From: an uncultured Spirochaetales bacterium
Lineage (GTDB): Bacteria; Spirochaetota; Spirochaetia; Sphaerochaetales; Sphaerochaetaceae
DNA: 64,000 bases
Assembly: GCA_944392695.1 (NCBI GenBank)
Contig: CALXXN010000003.1
Coordinates: 48,617-112,616 of the forward strand
Direction of reading: 5' to 3'
A model generated the notes under the pieces. That model had not been told where the DNA came from. It saw nothing but the letters and a program-made list of their open reading frames with translations, and did not search any database. This document shows positions 45,747 through 55,690 of this stretch, piece by piece. Each line of letters starts with the position of its first letter. The first letter of the stretch is position 1. The position numbers and the translations under genes were made by a program.

Positions 45747-48700
45747 ATGAAGTACCATACCACAGCATCGACAATAATCATATCAATACTTGTACTGCTG
45801 TGTTTCGCGGTGGTCTCGATGCTGTGCATATTGGGCCTGGGGATTTCATCTCCGGGTCTCATGATCGTCGAGGCGCTCTCCTCGCTCCAAGGCCAGGATG
45901 GCCGCCTCTCCCTTTCTTTCGATTCGATGGAAAGGAACCTGTCAGGCCGCATCCAGTTCAATGATGTCACTGTAAGCTGGGATGACGAGGACATCATCGA
46001 AGCCGACAGCCTGGTCATCTACCAAGGACCATTCTCCCTGCTCGCTTCATTCATCACGGGTGAGGGCCTTGTGCAGGTCGACATCAACTCGCCACGTGTC
46101 GTGCTGGATGGCCTCCTGTCTTCAGGTGGGGGTGGTGGTCATGGAGGAGGCGCCAGTCCCAGCATCGACCAGCTCAACCAGTTCATACAATCGCTTGAGT
46201 CCTATGACAGCCAGCTCTCAGGTCAGGCCTGGTACGACCTTGCCTATTCGTTAAACATACATGACCTCGCACTCGTCCTCCCTGTAGGGATCTCAGTCGA
46301 CGGGGTCAGCATGAACCTCTCGCTTGGTCCGCATCTCGACTTCGAGGGCTTCACGCTTGCGGCTCCTTCCTTCAACCTCGCATTGCAAGGAGTGGATGCC
46401 AGGGCCGGTGGTCTTGCCTTCCTCTTCTCCAAGGATGAAGCTGGCTACCATGGATCCCTGAGCCTTGACAGTACAAAGGCCACCTTCGAAGGTGGTTCCG
46501 CCAGTCTTGATGACATGGCCCTGCGCATTGATTTCCCCACCTTCGCCGACCTTGACCTCAGACAGCTGCCTGTCATGTTCTCAAGCGGCCATGCCTCACT
46601 CAGTTACAACGGCCTCAGCGCCTCCTTCGACACGCTTTCAGCACAAGGAAGGAGGGAGGGTCTGGACATGGTCCTCCTTGGTACCTCGCTCTCTTACGGT
46701 GGCTGGGACATCGGCCTGCCGCGCCTTGACCTCGCGGTGGACCCAAGCGGGGGAGGGTTCACGCTTCGTGTACAGTCAAGCGCCGGTCCCAAGTTGGAAG
46801 GAGCCGGTGTGAGCATACAGCTCGCAGGACTCAGTGCTTCTGCGGACATCTCATCGGCGCTCACGTTCTCCATACAGAGTACTGACGCATCGCTGTCCGG
46901 GCTGGAGGAGGTCAGTGGTGGGACCTACAGCTCGCTCACCAGCAATGACATAAGCATTTCGGGCCAGATGAACAGCCAGGCCCTCTATCTCGAAGGCTCT
47001 GCCGACGTGCTCGGCCATGGTACGGGCTTCTTCGACTCAAGCCGGCTTGGGCTTTCCTTCTCAGCCCTCTTCGAAGGTTCGTCATTCAGCCGGGTGGAGC
47101 TTGATGTGGACACACTCAGCTTCCAAGGCATGGAAGATGTCTTCACCGCCTCACTCCATTGGACACCTGCAGATGGGCTTTCTGGATCTGCCGCATACGG
47201 GGACAGCCTCTCCCTTGACATCGCACATGAGGCGAGGCTGGGCCTTGCAGCCTTCCCGCTTTATGAATTCTCAGCCCTGATTGACAGCTATCTGCCCGCC
47301 CTGCATGCGTATATCGGACCTGATACGACAGTGGGTGGTTCGCTTTCACTTTCGCTTGATGGTGACAGCCGTGGAAGCCTGCTTGGCTCACTTGCCTTGG
47401 GCTCATTGCACTTCAACGAGTACAGCTTCGGCATCGGCTTGAACCTGGATGCGGACCTTGATGGTGATTTGATATCCATCTCATCGCTCTTGCTGTCGAC
47501 CCAGTGGGTGCGTCTCAGCTTCACAGGCTCCATCTCGCTCAGCAGCCGGCTGCCGCAGGGCACCTTCGGCATAGACATGACCGACTCCGGCAACAGGGTG
47601 CTGAACGTCGACTTCTACTTGGACAATGAGGAGGAGTACTTCTTCAATGCGACGATCCCGGTGTTTGAGAACGGCTGGCTGAGGGGTTCGGTCAATTGGG
47701 CCAGGAATGGCCTGATCAGTTCAGCGGGTGAGTTGCGCAGTGGAAGGATGAGCTACCCCTTCGACCTCTCGATCGACCTCTCATCTTCAAGGGCCGACCT
47801 GGTCTCTTCTGGATTGAGCGCATCCCTCGACTTCTCGCAGGACCTGGAGTTCAACATCGCATTCAATGACTTCATGCTTCCAGGCTTCAGGGAAGGCGCT
47901 GAGACGAGGCTGGATGGATCGTTCAGCTTCGCTTTCGACTTCGCGGCACAGAGCTATCATGGCCATTCGACAGGTTTCAGGATTTCCGCCTTGCCCTTCA
48001 TCCATAGCCGGCCAGACCTCTCATTCGACCTTGTGCTCGATAACAGCCAGACCCTGGTTGACAACATCAGGCTCTCGGATGAATGGCCTGACCTGACAGG
48101 CCAGGCTGTCTACCTGGTCGGCCAGGGACGTTTCGCCATGACGCTTGGCAACAGCGACGAGAGGATCAACCTCTCCCTCGTATTGGACAGTGACGGCTAT
48201 TCCGGCATACTGACGCTTTCATCGTTGCGGCTTGACCGGTTCGGCCTGCCATCATCCAGGCTCGACACGAGCCTTACAGGCCGCGGGGCCAGTGCTGATG
48301 ATTTCTCCTTCTCTGGTGCATTGCGCCTTGCTGGAGGAGAGGATGCAGGACGTGCCTACCAGGTGACAGGCGACCTCGTGCTTGACAACAGGGGCTTCAC
48401 ACTGACAGGACTTGGATACAGCACGGACTCACTTTCCATCACCGCTCCAAGCCTCGCATTCGATGCAGGAACAGGCCTCTTTGACGCCTCCTTCCTGATG
48501 CACTTCGACAAGGTCAACAGGGACAGGACCTATCCTGTGGATGCGCAGCTGACGTTGAATGCCCAGCTGCCAGCCCATGACAGCCTGGTCGAGACCGTCC
48601 TCAGCTTCATGAGTGAAGGGGTTCCACGGATTTCCGCGAGCCTCGGTCTTGACTACCTGGTGATCGACAACGGGATTTCAATCCGTGACCGTAGGATAGG

Positions 48701-50351
48701 GGCGTCTTATGATGCAGGCAGGATAGACCTCACCGGCGACCTGCTCTCAGGCTGGGTGATGACAGACCCCGTCCGTCTTGACCTTACGATAGCTGACAAC
48801 GAAATCATCCACGGCCGCCTGCATGGCACCTTCAGCCCTGATGACATCAACATCCAGGCGGATGACCTGCACTTCAACCTGGGCTCGCTTGACTTCCTCT
48901 TCCCCAAGCCCCTGGTCGTATTCCACAACCCATCCTGGGTCTACCTTGATGCGATCATCTATGGAAGCATTGATGATACACACATCTATGGCCAGGGTGG
49001 CAGCGATGGCTTCGACATGGAGGTCTTCTGGTTGACCGATGCCGTGATCCATGTGGGGGACACCCAGGTGAGCGTCGTCGACAACCATGCTTCGACGAAC
49101 ATGACACCCTTGGTCGTCACTGACAATGACAATGGTGATGTGCACCGTGGCTACGCCATAGCCGAGGCACAGCTCAGCAATGCCAACCTTGTGGACTTCT
49201 TCTCGGTCCAGCTCCACATCCCAGAGGGTGAGAGCGTCTTCGTCACCGTGCCCGTGTACAGCTACAACTTCCAGCTGAAGGGCGATGTCACAGGAGATTT
49301 CACCATCTGGTCCGACATGGCCAAGATCAACCTCTCCGGGGATCTCATCGTCAACAACTCCACGACCTCGATCGGCATGGATCCACTGCCTGGATGGTGG
49401 GGCAGGAGCGGACGCCAGGTGCGCAATGAGTACAGTGTGCACCTTGGATCGAACAACGCCTTCGTCCTCCCTCTTGGCGACAATCCAATCATCCTGGCGT
49501 ATTTCGACGAGGACCTTGACTTCACCTTCACCTATGACAGCCAGACGAAAGAGAAGGACATGACTGGCACCCTGAGCTTCCGTTCTGGCGAGATCTTCTA
49601 CTTCCAGAAGAACTTCTTCATAGAGGAGGGCAGCCTCGCATTCCCAGAGACAGGCACCGGTGTGCTCAATCCCCTGATCAACCTCCGCGCCCGCCTCAGG
49701 GACTTCAACGAGGACGGGGAGAGGGTCGACATCTACCTGGTCCTCAACAACGCATCACTTGATAATATCAACCCTGTCTTCGAGAGTTCTCCGCAGATGA
49801 GGACCGAGGAGATCATGTCCATACTCGGTGCCTCGATCCTGCCAAGCTCCGCCTATGGGACCTCCAGCATGGCCTCGATCGCCTCCATGCTCTCAAGCGG
49901 TCTGGACATCCTTGGCCGCACCGGCCTCATCAACACCTCCAGCACAGGTGATGTCGTCAATGTCATACGCGACTCGCTCGGGCTCGACATCTTCTCACTG
50001 CACAGCAACATAATCGAGAACTTCCTCCTTGACGCCCTCTTCCAGTCAGGAGGTTCATCCGGTTACCGCTACTCTCCAGTCGCGACCTATCTGAACAACA
50101 CTTCAATCTACCTTGGCAAGTACATCACGCAGGACATCTACCTGCAGATGCTTCTCAACCTCCAGGCCCAGGACTTCACCTACAACAGGGCGAGTTTCCT
50201 GTCGAACGATCTCTCCCTTGACCTCGAGATCTCCCTGGAATGGGAGACGCCGCTTGGCACCGTGACCTTCTTCACGACACCACCGAGCCTCACGCTATTC
50301 AGCCTTGTCGACAATTTCGGCATACGCTATACGAAGACGATAGACTTCTGA
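45747..50351 (+). CDS. tamB: TamB/AsmA-like translocation and assembly module protein (DUF490-type C-terminus)
   Basis: 1534 aa with an N-terminal membrane anchor (IIISILVLLCFAVVSMLCILGLGI) and an extremely long Ser/Leu/Gly/Asp-rich beta-type body. The C-terminal end resembles TamB (SIYLGKYITQDIYLQMLLNLQ...LSLDLEISLEWETPLGTVTF). It lies directly upstream of bamA. Confidence 0.72.
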   Translation: MKYHTTASTIIISILVLLCFAVVSMLCILGLGISSPGLMIVEALSSLQGQDGRLSLSFDSMERNLSGRIQFNDVTVSWDDEDIIEADSLVIYQGPFSLLASFITGEGLVQVDINSPRVVLDGLLSSGGGGGHGGGASPSIDQLNQFIQSLESYDSQLSGQAWYDLAYSLNIHDLALVLPVGISVDGVSMNLSLGPHLDFEGFTLAAPSFNLALQGVDARAGGLAFLFSKDEAGYHGSLSLDSTKATFEGGSASLDDMALRIDFPTFADLDLRQLPVMFSSGHASLSYNGLSASFDTLSAQGRREGLDMVLLGTSLSYGGWDIGLPRLDLAVDPSGGGFTLRVQSSAGPKLEGAGVSIQLAGLSASADISSALTFSIQSTDASLSGLEEVSGGTYSSLTSNDISISGQMNSQALYLEGSADVLGHGTGFFDSSRLGLSFSALFEGSSFSRVELDVDTLSFQGMEDVFTASLHWTPADGLSGSAAYGDSLSLDIAHEARLGLAAFPLYEFSALIDSYLPALHAYIGPDTTVGGSLSLSLDGDSRGSLLGSLALGSLHFNEYSFGIGLNLDADLDGDLISISSLLLSTQWVRLSFTGSISLSSRLPQGTFGIDMTDSGNRVLNVDFYLDNEEEYFFNATIPVFENGWLRGSVNWARNGLISSAGELRSGRMSYPFDLSIDLSSSRADLVSSGLSASLDFSQDLEFNIAFNDFMLPGFREGAETRLDGSFSFAFDFAAQSYHGHSTGFRISALPFIHSRPDLSFDLVLDNSQTLVDNIRLSDEWPDLTGQAVYLVGQGRFAMTLGNSDERINLSLVLDSDGYSGILTLSSLRLDRFGLPSSRLDTSLTGRGASADDFSFSGALRLAGGEDAGRAYQVTGDLVLDNRGFTLTGLGYSTDSLSITAPSLAFDAGTGLFDASFLMHFDKVNRDRTYPVDAQLTLNAQLPAHDSLVETVLSFMSEGVPRISASLGLDYLVIDNGISIRDRRIGASYDAGRIDLTGDLLSGWVMTDPVRLDLTIADNEIIHGRLHGTFSPDDINIQADDLHFNLGSLDFLFPKPLVVFHNPSWVYLDAIIYGSIDDTHIYGQGGSDGFDMEVFWLTDAVIHVGDTQVSVVDNHASTNMTPLVVTDNDNGDVHRGYAIAEAQLSNANLVDFFSVQLHIPEGESVFVTVPVYSYNFQLKGDVTGDFTIWSDMAKINLSGDLIVNNSTTSIGMDPLPGWWGRSGRQVRNEYSVHLGSNNAFVLPLGDNPIILAYFDEDLDFTFTYDSQTKEKDMTGTLSFRSGEIFYFQKNFFIEEGSLAFPETGTGVLNPLINLRARLRDFNEDGERVDIYLVLNNASLDNINPVFESSPQMRTEEIMSILGASILPSSAYGTSSMASIASMLSSGLDILGRTGLINTSSTGDVVNVIRDSLGLDIFSLHSNIIENFLLDALFQSGGSSGYRYSPVATYLNNTSIYLGKYITQDIYLQMLLNLQAQDFTYNRASFLSNDLSLDLEISLEWETPLGTVTFFTTPPSLTLFSLVDNFGIRYTKTIDF

Positions 50352-50452
50352 TGGTTTCCCAATGTTTAACATATGTGTGGTTTGGATGTGCCTTGGCTGT
50401 CATTGTTGGTTTTTCCGCCACTTTCGAGTATATTGGCCGAAGGAGTTTTCAC

Positions 50453-53032
50453 ATGAGAAAGAGATTTGCGCTCGTCTTGCTGGCCATGCTTTGCGCCATT
50501 ATGCCACTTGCGGCTGACGATACAGCGCCTGTGGAGACGGGCGAGGTGACAGGAGAGGAGGTGGCCACGACCACCCCGGCCCTCACTGGTCAGTGGTGGT
50601 ACGGGATGACCCTTTCAGGCTTCTCCTTCACCGGACTGCAGAACGTGAGCCAGAGGACTGTCGACAACCTCCTTGACGACTATGCCGGCCTCAGCTATAC
50701 GGTGGAACTCGAGAACGAGATCAACGACCTCCTTTATTCACAGCCATGGCTGGAATACATAGAAAGCTATGAGATGGTCCTCGACCCAAGTGGCACATCC
50801 TTCACGATGCATATCACCTTGCATGAGATCCCGATGGTCACCGCAGTCCTCTTCGAGGGCAACAACGAGGTCAATGCGCGTACGCTGATGGACCAGCAGG
50901 ACATCGCGGTCGGATCCTATCATTCGCCTGGCCTCCTGAGGGCCAACGCCTCCCTCGTCCAGTCCTACTACCTCTCCCATGGTTATGCCGAAGCCACGGT
51001 CTCTGTGCGTAGTGAGATCAACGAAGCGGACAACACGGTCTCTGTAATCTATACGGTCTCGGAAGGGCCCCAGTACAAGATCAGCTCAATCAACTTCACA
51101 GGCCTGTCCGCTTTCACGGAGCGCCAGCTCAAGGGCGAGATGCAGTCCAAGGAGCGCAGCTTCTTCCGCTCCGGCAACTTCGTCGCCTCCACCATGGATG
51201 CGGACATCCAGACCCTGGTCAACTATTACTACGACAATGGCTATGTCGATGTGCAGATTGATGGCTACACGCTCGAGGATGTGACAGTGGAGGGGGACCG
51301 TTACCATATGGTCGCTGTCAACATCGACATCAACGAAGGCAGCCAGTGGTTGATGGGTACGATCACTTTCTCTGGCAACAGCGTGGTCAGCGATGAGCAG
51401 ATCCAGGGCGCCATCCACCTGAGGGAGGGTGCTGTCCATAACTCAAGCGAGGTCACGGCCCAGATCCAGGAAATCGCATCCCTTTACTACAACGATGGCT
51501 ACATCCAGACGATGATCAACCCCACGATGACGCGTAATGAGGATACCCACACGATTGATTATCACTTGACAATCCAGGAGAGTGGGCAGTCCGTGATCGA
51601 ACGTATCGTCATCACAGGCCTTACGAAGACCAAGCCCTATGTCCTTGAGCGTGAGCTCGAGCTCCAGGTTGGTGATGTCTTCAGCCAGGCGGCCCTGCAG
51701 CGCTCAGCCTTGAACATCCTCAACACAGGTATCGTAAGCGACATCGCCACCGGCCTTTATCAAGGACAGTCTGAAAACGGTGTCGTCCTTGAGATCGCAG
51801 TGGAGGAGGGCAGCCAGATGCAGCTCCAGTTCGGTGCGACCTTTGGTGGTACTGTCGACGGCTTCCCTGTCTCGGGCTTCCTCCAGTGGTCGGACACCAA
51901 CCTCTTCGGTACAGGACGCGACCTTTCAATCTCCACGACACTCTCTCCGGACACCCAGGCCATCTCGCTTTCACTTTACGATGGATGGGTTGGGGACCGT
52001 CGCTGGTCGAACGGGATTTCGCTCTCCTTTGAGCGCAACAGCAACAGCCATGTGCTCCAGCGTGGAACAGGATCAGGCTACTACCGTGGTTATGACACGG
52101 AGAGCACTACCTATCCGCTTGGTTTCACCTCCAATTCATCCTGGCAGGCTGCTGATGAGCTGACGAGTGCCTCCGAGGACCTGATGAGTTACAACTTCCT
52201 CTCGTTCTCGCTGTCCTACACGACGGGATACACCTTCAACTTCGCTCCTGGCGACCTCTCCCTGTCCGTCGGACTGTCGCTTGGCCTCTCACGCGCCTTC
52301 TATGACAACAACTATGATCCCTTCGAATGGATCATCATGAAGTACCACGAAGGCTGGCAGTTCTCGAACTCCCTGTCCTTCAACCTGAGCTGGGATGGAC
52401 GCGACCTGATTGAGAACACGACACGTGGCTACCTGCTCTCGCTGGGTTACACCTATGCTGGAGGTATCCTGGGTGGCCTGTCCAACTATAACAGGCTCAG
52501 CATGTCAGCAGCGGGTTATGTACCTCTCTTCACCTATGTCAATGATGAGGGCCAGTCAAGCAGCCTTGTGCTTTCCGGCACGACCTCGCTTGGCCTGATG
52601 CTGCCACAGTACTGGAATGACAAGGACAGCGAGGGCTGGGACTGGTACTCTGCGGACAGGGGTGCGACACGCTACGAGATGCTCTACCTTGATGGCATGA
52701 ACACCGGCCGTGGGTTCTCGACAAAGCTCTGGCAGAGCATACTCTGGCATAATGAGGTGGCGCTGTCTTATCCAATCGTGCGCAACATCCTGAACTTCGA
52801 GGCCTACATATCTGCTGATGGCGCCAACGAGTACCTCTCAGGGCTCAAGGGCCTGGGCGACATGCACTGGTATTTCTCCACTGGTTTTGGTATCAAGCTC
52901 AAGATCAGCGGCTTCCCACTTGGCCTCTACTGGGTCAAGACAGCTGAGTTCAATGACGGGGATTTCTGGTTCAACAATGGCGGTGTGCTTGGTGGATCGA
53001 TCGTCCTCGCCATAACGACCTCGATTTATTGA
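50453..53032 (+). CDS. bamA: Outer membrane protein assembly factor BamA
   Basis: Signal peptide MRKRFALVLLAMLCAIMPLAADD (AGGAG 7 nt upstream of ATG 50453). POTRA-like repeats (e.g. ISSINFTGLSAFTERQLKGEM, ERIVITGLTKTKPYVLEREL) and a C-terminal Omp85 barrel ending in an aromatic residue (...LAITTSIY). The ORF-track start 50240 overlaps tamB. Confidence 0.85.
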   Translation: MRKRFALVLLAMLCAIMPLAADDTAPVETGEVTGEEVATTTPALTGQWWYGMTLSGFSFTGLQNVSQRTVDNLLDDYAGLSYTVELENEINDLLYSQPWLEYIESYEMVLDPSGTSFTMHITLHEIPMVTAVLFEGNNEVNARTLMDQQDIAVGSYHSPGLLRANASLVQSYYLSHGYAEATVSVRSEINEADNTVSVIYTVSEGPQYKISSINFTGLSAFTERQLKGEMQSKERSFFRSGNFVASTMDADIQTLVNYYYDNGYVDVQIDGYTLEDVTVEGDRYHMVAVNIDINEGSQWLMGTITFSGNSVVSDEQIQGAIHLREGAVHNSSEVTAQIQEIASLYYNDGYIQTMINPTMTRNEDTHTIDYHLTIQESGQSVIERIVITGLTKTKPYVLERELELQVGDVFSQAALQRSALNILNTGIVSDIATGLYQGQSENGVVLEIAVEEGSQMQLQFGATFGGTVDGFPVSGFLQWSDTNLFGTGRDLSISTTLSPDTQAISLSLYDGWVGDRRWSNGISLSFERNSNSHVLQRGTGSGYYRGYDTESTTYPLGFTSNSSWQAADELTSASEDLMSYNFLSFSLSYTTGYTFNFAPGDLSLSVGLSLGLSRAFYDNNYDPFEWIIMKYHEGWQFSNSLSFNLSWDGRDLIENTTRGYLLSLGYTYAGGILGGLSNYNRLSMSAAGYVPLFTYVNDEGQSSSLVLSGTTSLGLMLPQYWNDKDSEGWDWYSADRGATRYEMLYLDGMNTGRGFSTKLWQSILWHNEVALSYPIVRNILNFEAYISADGANEYLSGLKGLGDMHWYFSTGFGIKLKISGFPLGLYWVKTAEFNDGDFWFNNGGVLGGSIVLAITTSIY

Positions 53033-53041
53033 CGGTGTCAG

Positions 53042-55636
53042 ATGGCTGGATCGAAGAGGGGTGGTGGACCCACCCCGATGATGAAACAGTATTTGGAAGT
53101 GAAGAGCGCTCATCCTGATGATGTGCTCTTCTTCCGTCTTGGTGACTTCTATGAGATGTTCGGTGAGGATGCCATGGAAGTCAGCCGCCTGCTGAACCTC
53201 ACGCTGACCCATCGTGGTGACCAGCCGATGTGTGGGATCCCCTATCATGCGGCCAAAAGTTATCTGAAGAGGCTTCTGGACGCAGGGCGCAAGGTCGCGA
53301 TCTGCGAGCAGCTCTCGCTTCCAGAGAACTCAAGGGAACTTGCCAAGCGTGAAGTCATCCAGGTCTATTCCCCTGGCACTGTCGTCGATGATGAGTTCCT
53401 CGACAGCCATCGTGACAACTTCGTCCTCGCGCTGGACATCGTGAAGCAGTCCTGCGCCACAGCCTTCGCAGATATCTCATCAGGTGCCTTCTATTGCAAG
53501 CTGTTCCCCCTCAAGGACCTCCAATCAAGCCTTCCCGGCCTCCTTTCGACCTGGTCCGTGAGTGAGGTCCTTGTCCCGGATGACCTGTACTTCACAGATT
53601 CTTCAGTGCGGTCCATGCTCGACCAGTCAGGGGCAGGTGTCACCAAGCTGCCTGCCTGGGACTTCTCTGTGAAGGCAGGTCGCAAGGCATTGGAGGAACA
53701 GTTCTCAATGGAGGGCACGGCCGCCTTCGGCCTGTCTGGGGACGATGTCGTCCTGCGTCCCATCGGGGCCCTGCTGAAGTACCTCAGGGACATGAGCCAC
53801 AGCAGCCTGCCACAGATCAGCAACCTGCGCGTCCTGACGGACGAGGGGTACATGCTGATTGATGAGTCCTGTGAGAAGAACCTGGAACTTGTACGTTCCC
53901 TCCAGGGAGGCTCCGCCTATACCCTCCTGAGTGCGATTGACGAGACACGCAGCGCTGCAGGCAGCCGCCTCCTGAAGGAGTTCATACTCCATCCACTGTG
54001 TGACAAGAGCGCCATCGAGGAGCGTCAGGGCTGGGTCACACGTCTTTACGATGACATTGATGAGCGCAATAGGATAAGGGAGCTGCTTTCATCTTCCTCA
54101 GATCTTGTGAGGATTACCTCGAAGCTAGAGATGGGCCGCTCTGTCGTCCGTGACCTGATTGCGATCAAGGAATCCTTAAGCGCCTTCTTCTCACTCGTAT
54201 CCAGTGATGAGTGCTACCTCTCCCTGCTCGAAGACTCGCTGGTTGAACCAGGACGACTGGTCTCCCTCGCTGATACGATAAGCCGTGCGATCAATCCTGA
54301 ATGCACAAATGCCGACAAGGCCCTCTCTGTCATCCTCCCTGGCTTTGATGGGAAGCTGGATGAGCTCAAGGGCCTGCATGACAACAGCTCGACCCTCCTA
54401 GCCGGTTATCTTGAGAAAATCAAGGCTGAGAGCGGGATCAACCTGTTGAAGATAGGGGAGAACCGCATCATCGGTGTCTATCTGGAGGTTCCGAAAAGCC
54501 AGCTGGACAAGGTCCCTGAGGGTTTTGTCCGCCGCCAGACCCTTGTTGGAGGAGAGCGTTTCACGACAGCTGAGCTCTCGGAACTCGAGGAGAGGATAAA
54601 CAGCGCTGAAAGTGCGGCAGCCGAACGTGAGAAGGAGATTTACAACAGCATCGTCAAGGAAGCCTGGTCGCTTCGCAAGGACCTCGCCCTTGTCGGACGC
54701 CTCTTCGCCCTCCTGGATGTCTATCAGTCCTTCGCCCATGCAGCCGCCCTGCATGCTTATGTGAAACCGGAAATCATGGAGGAGGGGGAGCTGGAGATCA
54801 TCGACGGACGCCATCCTGTTGTCGAACAACATATCGCATCATCGTCCTTCGTCAGGAACAGCTTCTCCTCTGCCAAGGCACGCTTCGCCCTGATCACAGG
54901 ACCCAACATGGCAGGTAAGTCAACCTATCTGAGGCAGACCGCCTTGATCACGTTGATGGCCCATATAGGGTCCTACGTGCCTGCATCCAGTGCCAGGATT
55001 CCACTGACCGACAGGATCTTCTGCCGCGTTGGTGCATCCGACAACCTCGCCAGGGGTGAATCTACCTTCTTGGTCGAGATGCAGGAGGCTTCCTTCATCC
55101 TGCGCAGCGCCACAAGGCGCAGCCTTGTCATCATGGATGAGATCGGCCGTGGAACCTCGACCCAGGATGGCATGAGCATAGCCTATGCTGTGATGATGTA
55201 CCTCCTGGAGCTTGGTCCTGTGACGCTCTTCGCAACCCACTATCATGAGCTCACGATGATCGACACCAGCGCCATGCAGCTCCTGACGCTTGAAGTCAGC
55301 CAGGACAAGAGTGGCATCGTCTTCCTGCGCCGTGTCATCGAAGGCGTGGCCAAGAGCAGTTACGGCCTGCATGTCGCGAAGCTCGCCGGCATCCCGTCCT
55401 CTGTCATCCGCATGGCCTCAGCCTTCCAGAAGCGCCATTTCGCAGACTATGACCTTGGACGGGAAGGGGAGCAGCTCGACCTCTTTGTCGACACCTCCAC
55501 TGTGGACAACAGCGCACTCGACTCGATCATCGACGAGCTTATGGACTTCGATGTCTCCACATCGACACCCCTCGAGGCCTTGGTCAAGCTCGGCAAGCTC
55601 CAAGAGGATGCCCGCTCCCTGAAGAACCCTGGATGA
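53042..55636 (+). CDS. mutS: DNA mismatch repair protein MutS
   Basis: 864 aa. TPMMKQYLEVK...FFRLGDFYEMF and Walker A GPNMAGKST, followed by DEIGRGTST. Confidence 0.96.
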   Translation: MAGSKRGGGPTPMMKQYLEVKSAHPDDVLFFRLGDFYEMFGEDAMEVSRLLNLTLTHRGDQPMCGIPYHAAKSYLKRLLDAGRKVAICEQLSLPENSRELAKREVIQVYSPGTVVDDEFLDSHRDNFVLALDIVKQSCATAFADISSGAFYCKLFPLKDLQSSLPGLLSTWSVSEVLVPDDLYFTDSSVRSMLDQSGAGVTKLPAWDFSVKAGRKALEEQFSMEGTAAFGLSGDDVVLRPIGALLKYLRDMSHSSLPQISNLRVLTDEGYMLIDESCEKNLELVRSLQGGSAYTLLSAIDETRSAAGSRLLKEFILHPLCDKSAIEERQGWVTRLYDDIDERNRIRELLSSSSDLVRITSKLEMGRSVVRDLIAIKESLSAFFSLVSSDECYLSLLEDSLVEPGRLVSLADTISRAINPECTNADKALSVILPGFDGKLDELKGLHDNSSTLLAGYLEKIKAESGINLLKIGENRIIGVYLEVPKSQLDKVPEGFVRRQTLVGGERFTTAELSELEERINSAESAAAEREKEIYNSIVKEAWSLRKDLALVGRLFALLDVYQSFAHAAALHAYVKPEIMEEGELEIIDGRHPVVEQHIASSSFVRNSFSSAKARFALITGPNMAGKSTYLRQTALITLMAHIGSYVPASSARIPLTDRIFCRVGASDNLARGESTFLVEMQEASFILRSATRRSLVIMDEIGRGTSTQDGMSIAYAVMMYLLELGPVTLFATHYHELTMIDTSAMQLLTLEVSQDKSGIVFLRRVIEGVAKSSYGLHVAKLAGIPSSVIRMASAFQKRHFADYDLGREGEQLDLFVDTSTVDNSALDSIIDELMDFDVSTSTPLEALVKLGKLQEDARSLKNPG

Positions 55637-55642
55637 ACAAGA

Positions 55643-55666
55643 CTCCCCGCCATTGCTGGCGGGGAG
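55643..55666. terminator. Shared hairpin between convergent mutS and the Big_2 lipoprotein gene
   Basis: CTCCCCGCC (55643-51), loop ATTGCT, GGCGGGGAG (55658-66). The flanking U-tracts are poor on both strands. Confidence 0.45.
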
Positions 55667-55690
55667 GAGTCTAAACGTAGAGATGTGTCA

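Noticed and set aside
50240-50452. An N-terminal extension of the bamA ORF overlapping tamB by 112 nt.
   Set aside because: The signal peptide and AGGAG RBS sit at ATG 50453, and the extension has no signal-like sequence.
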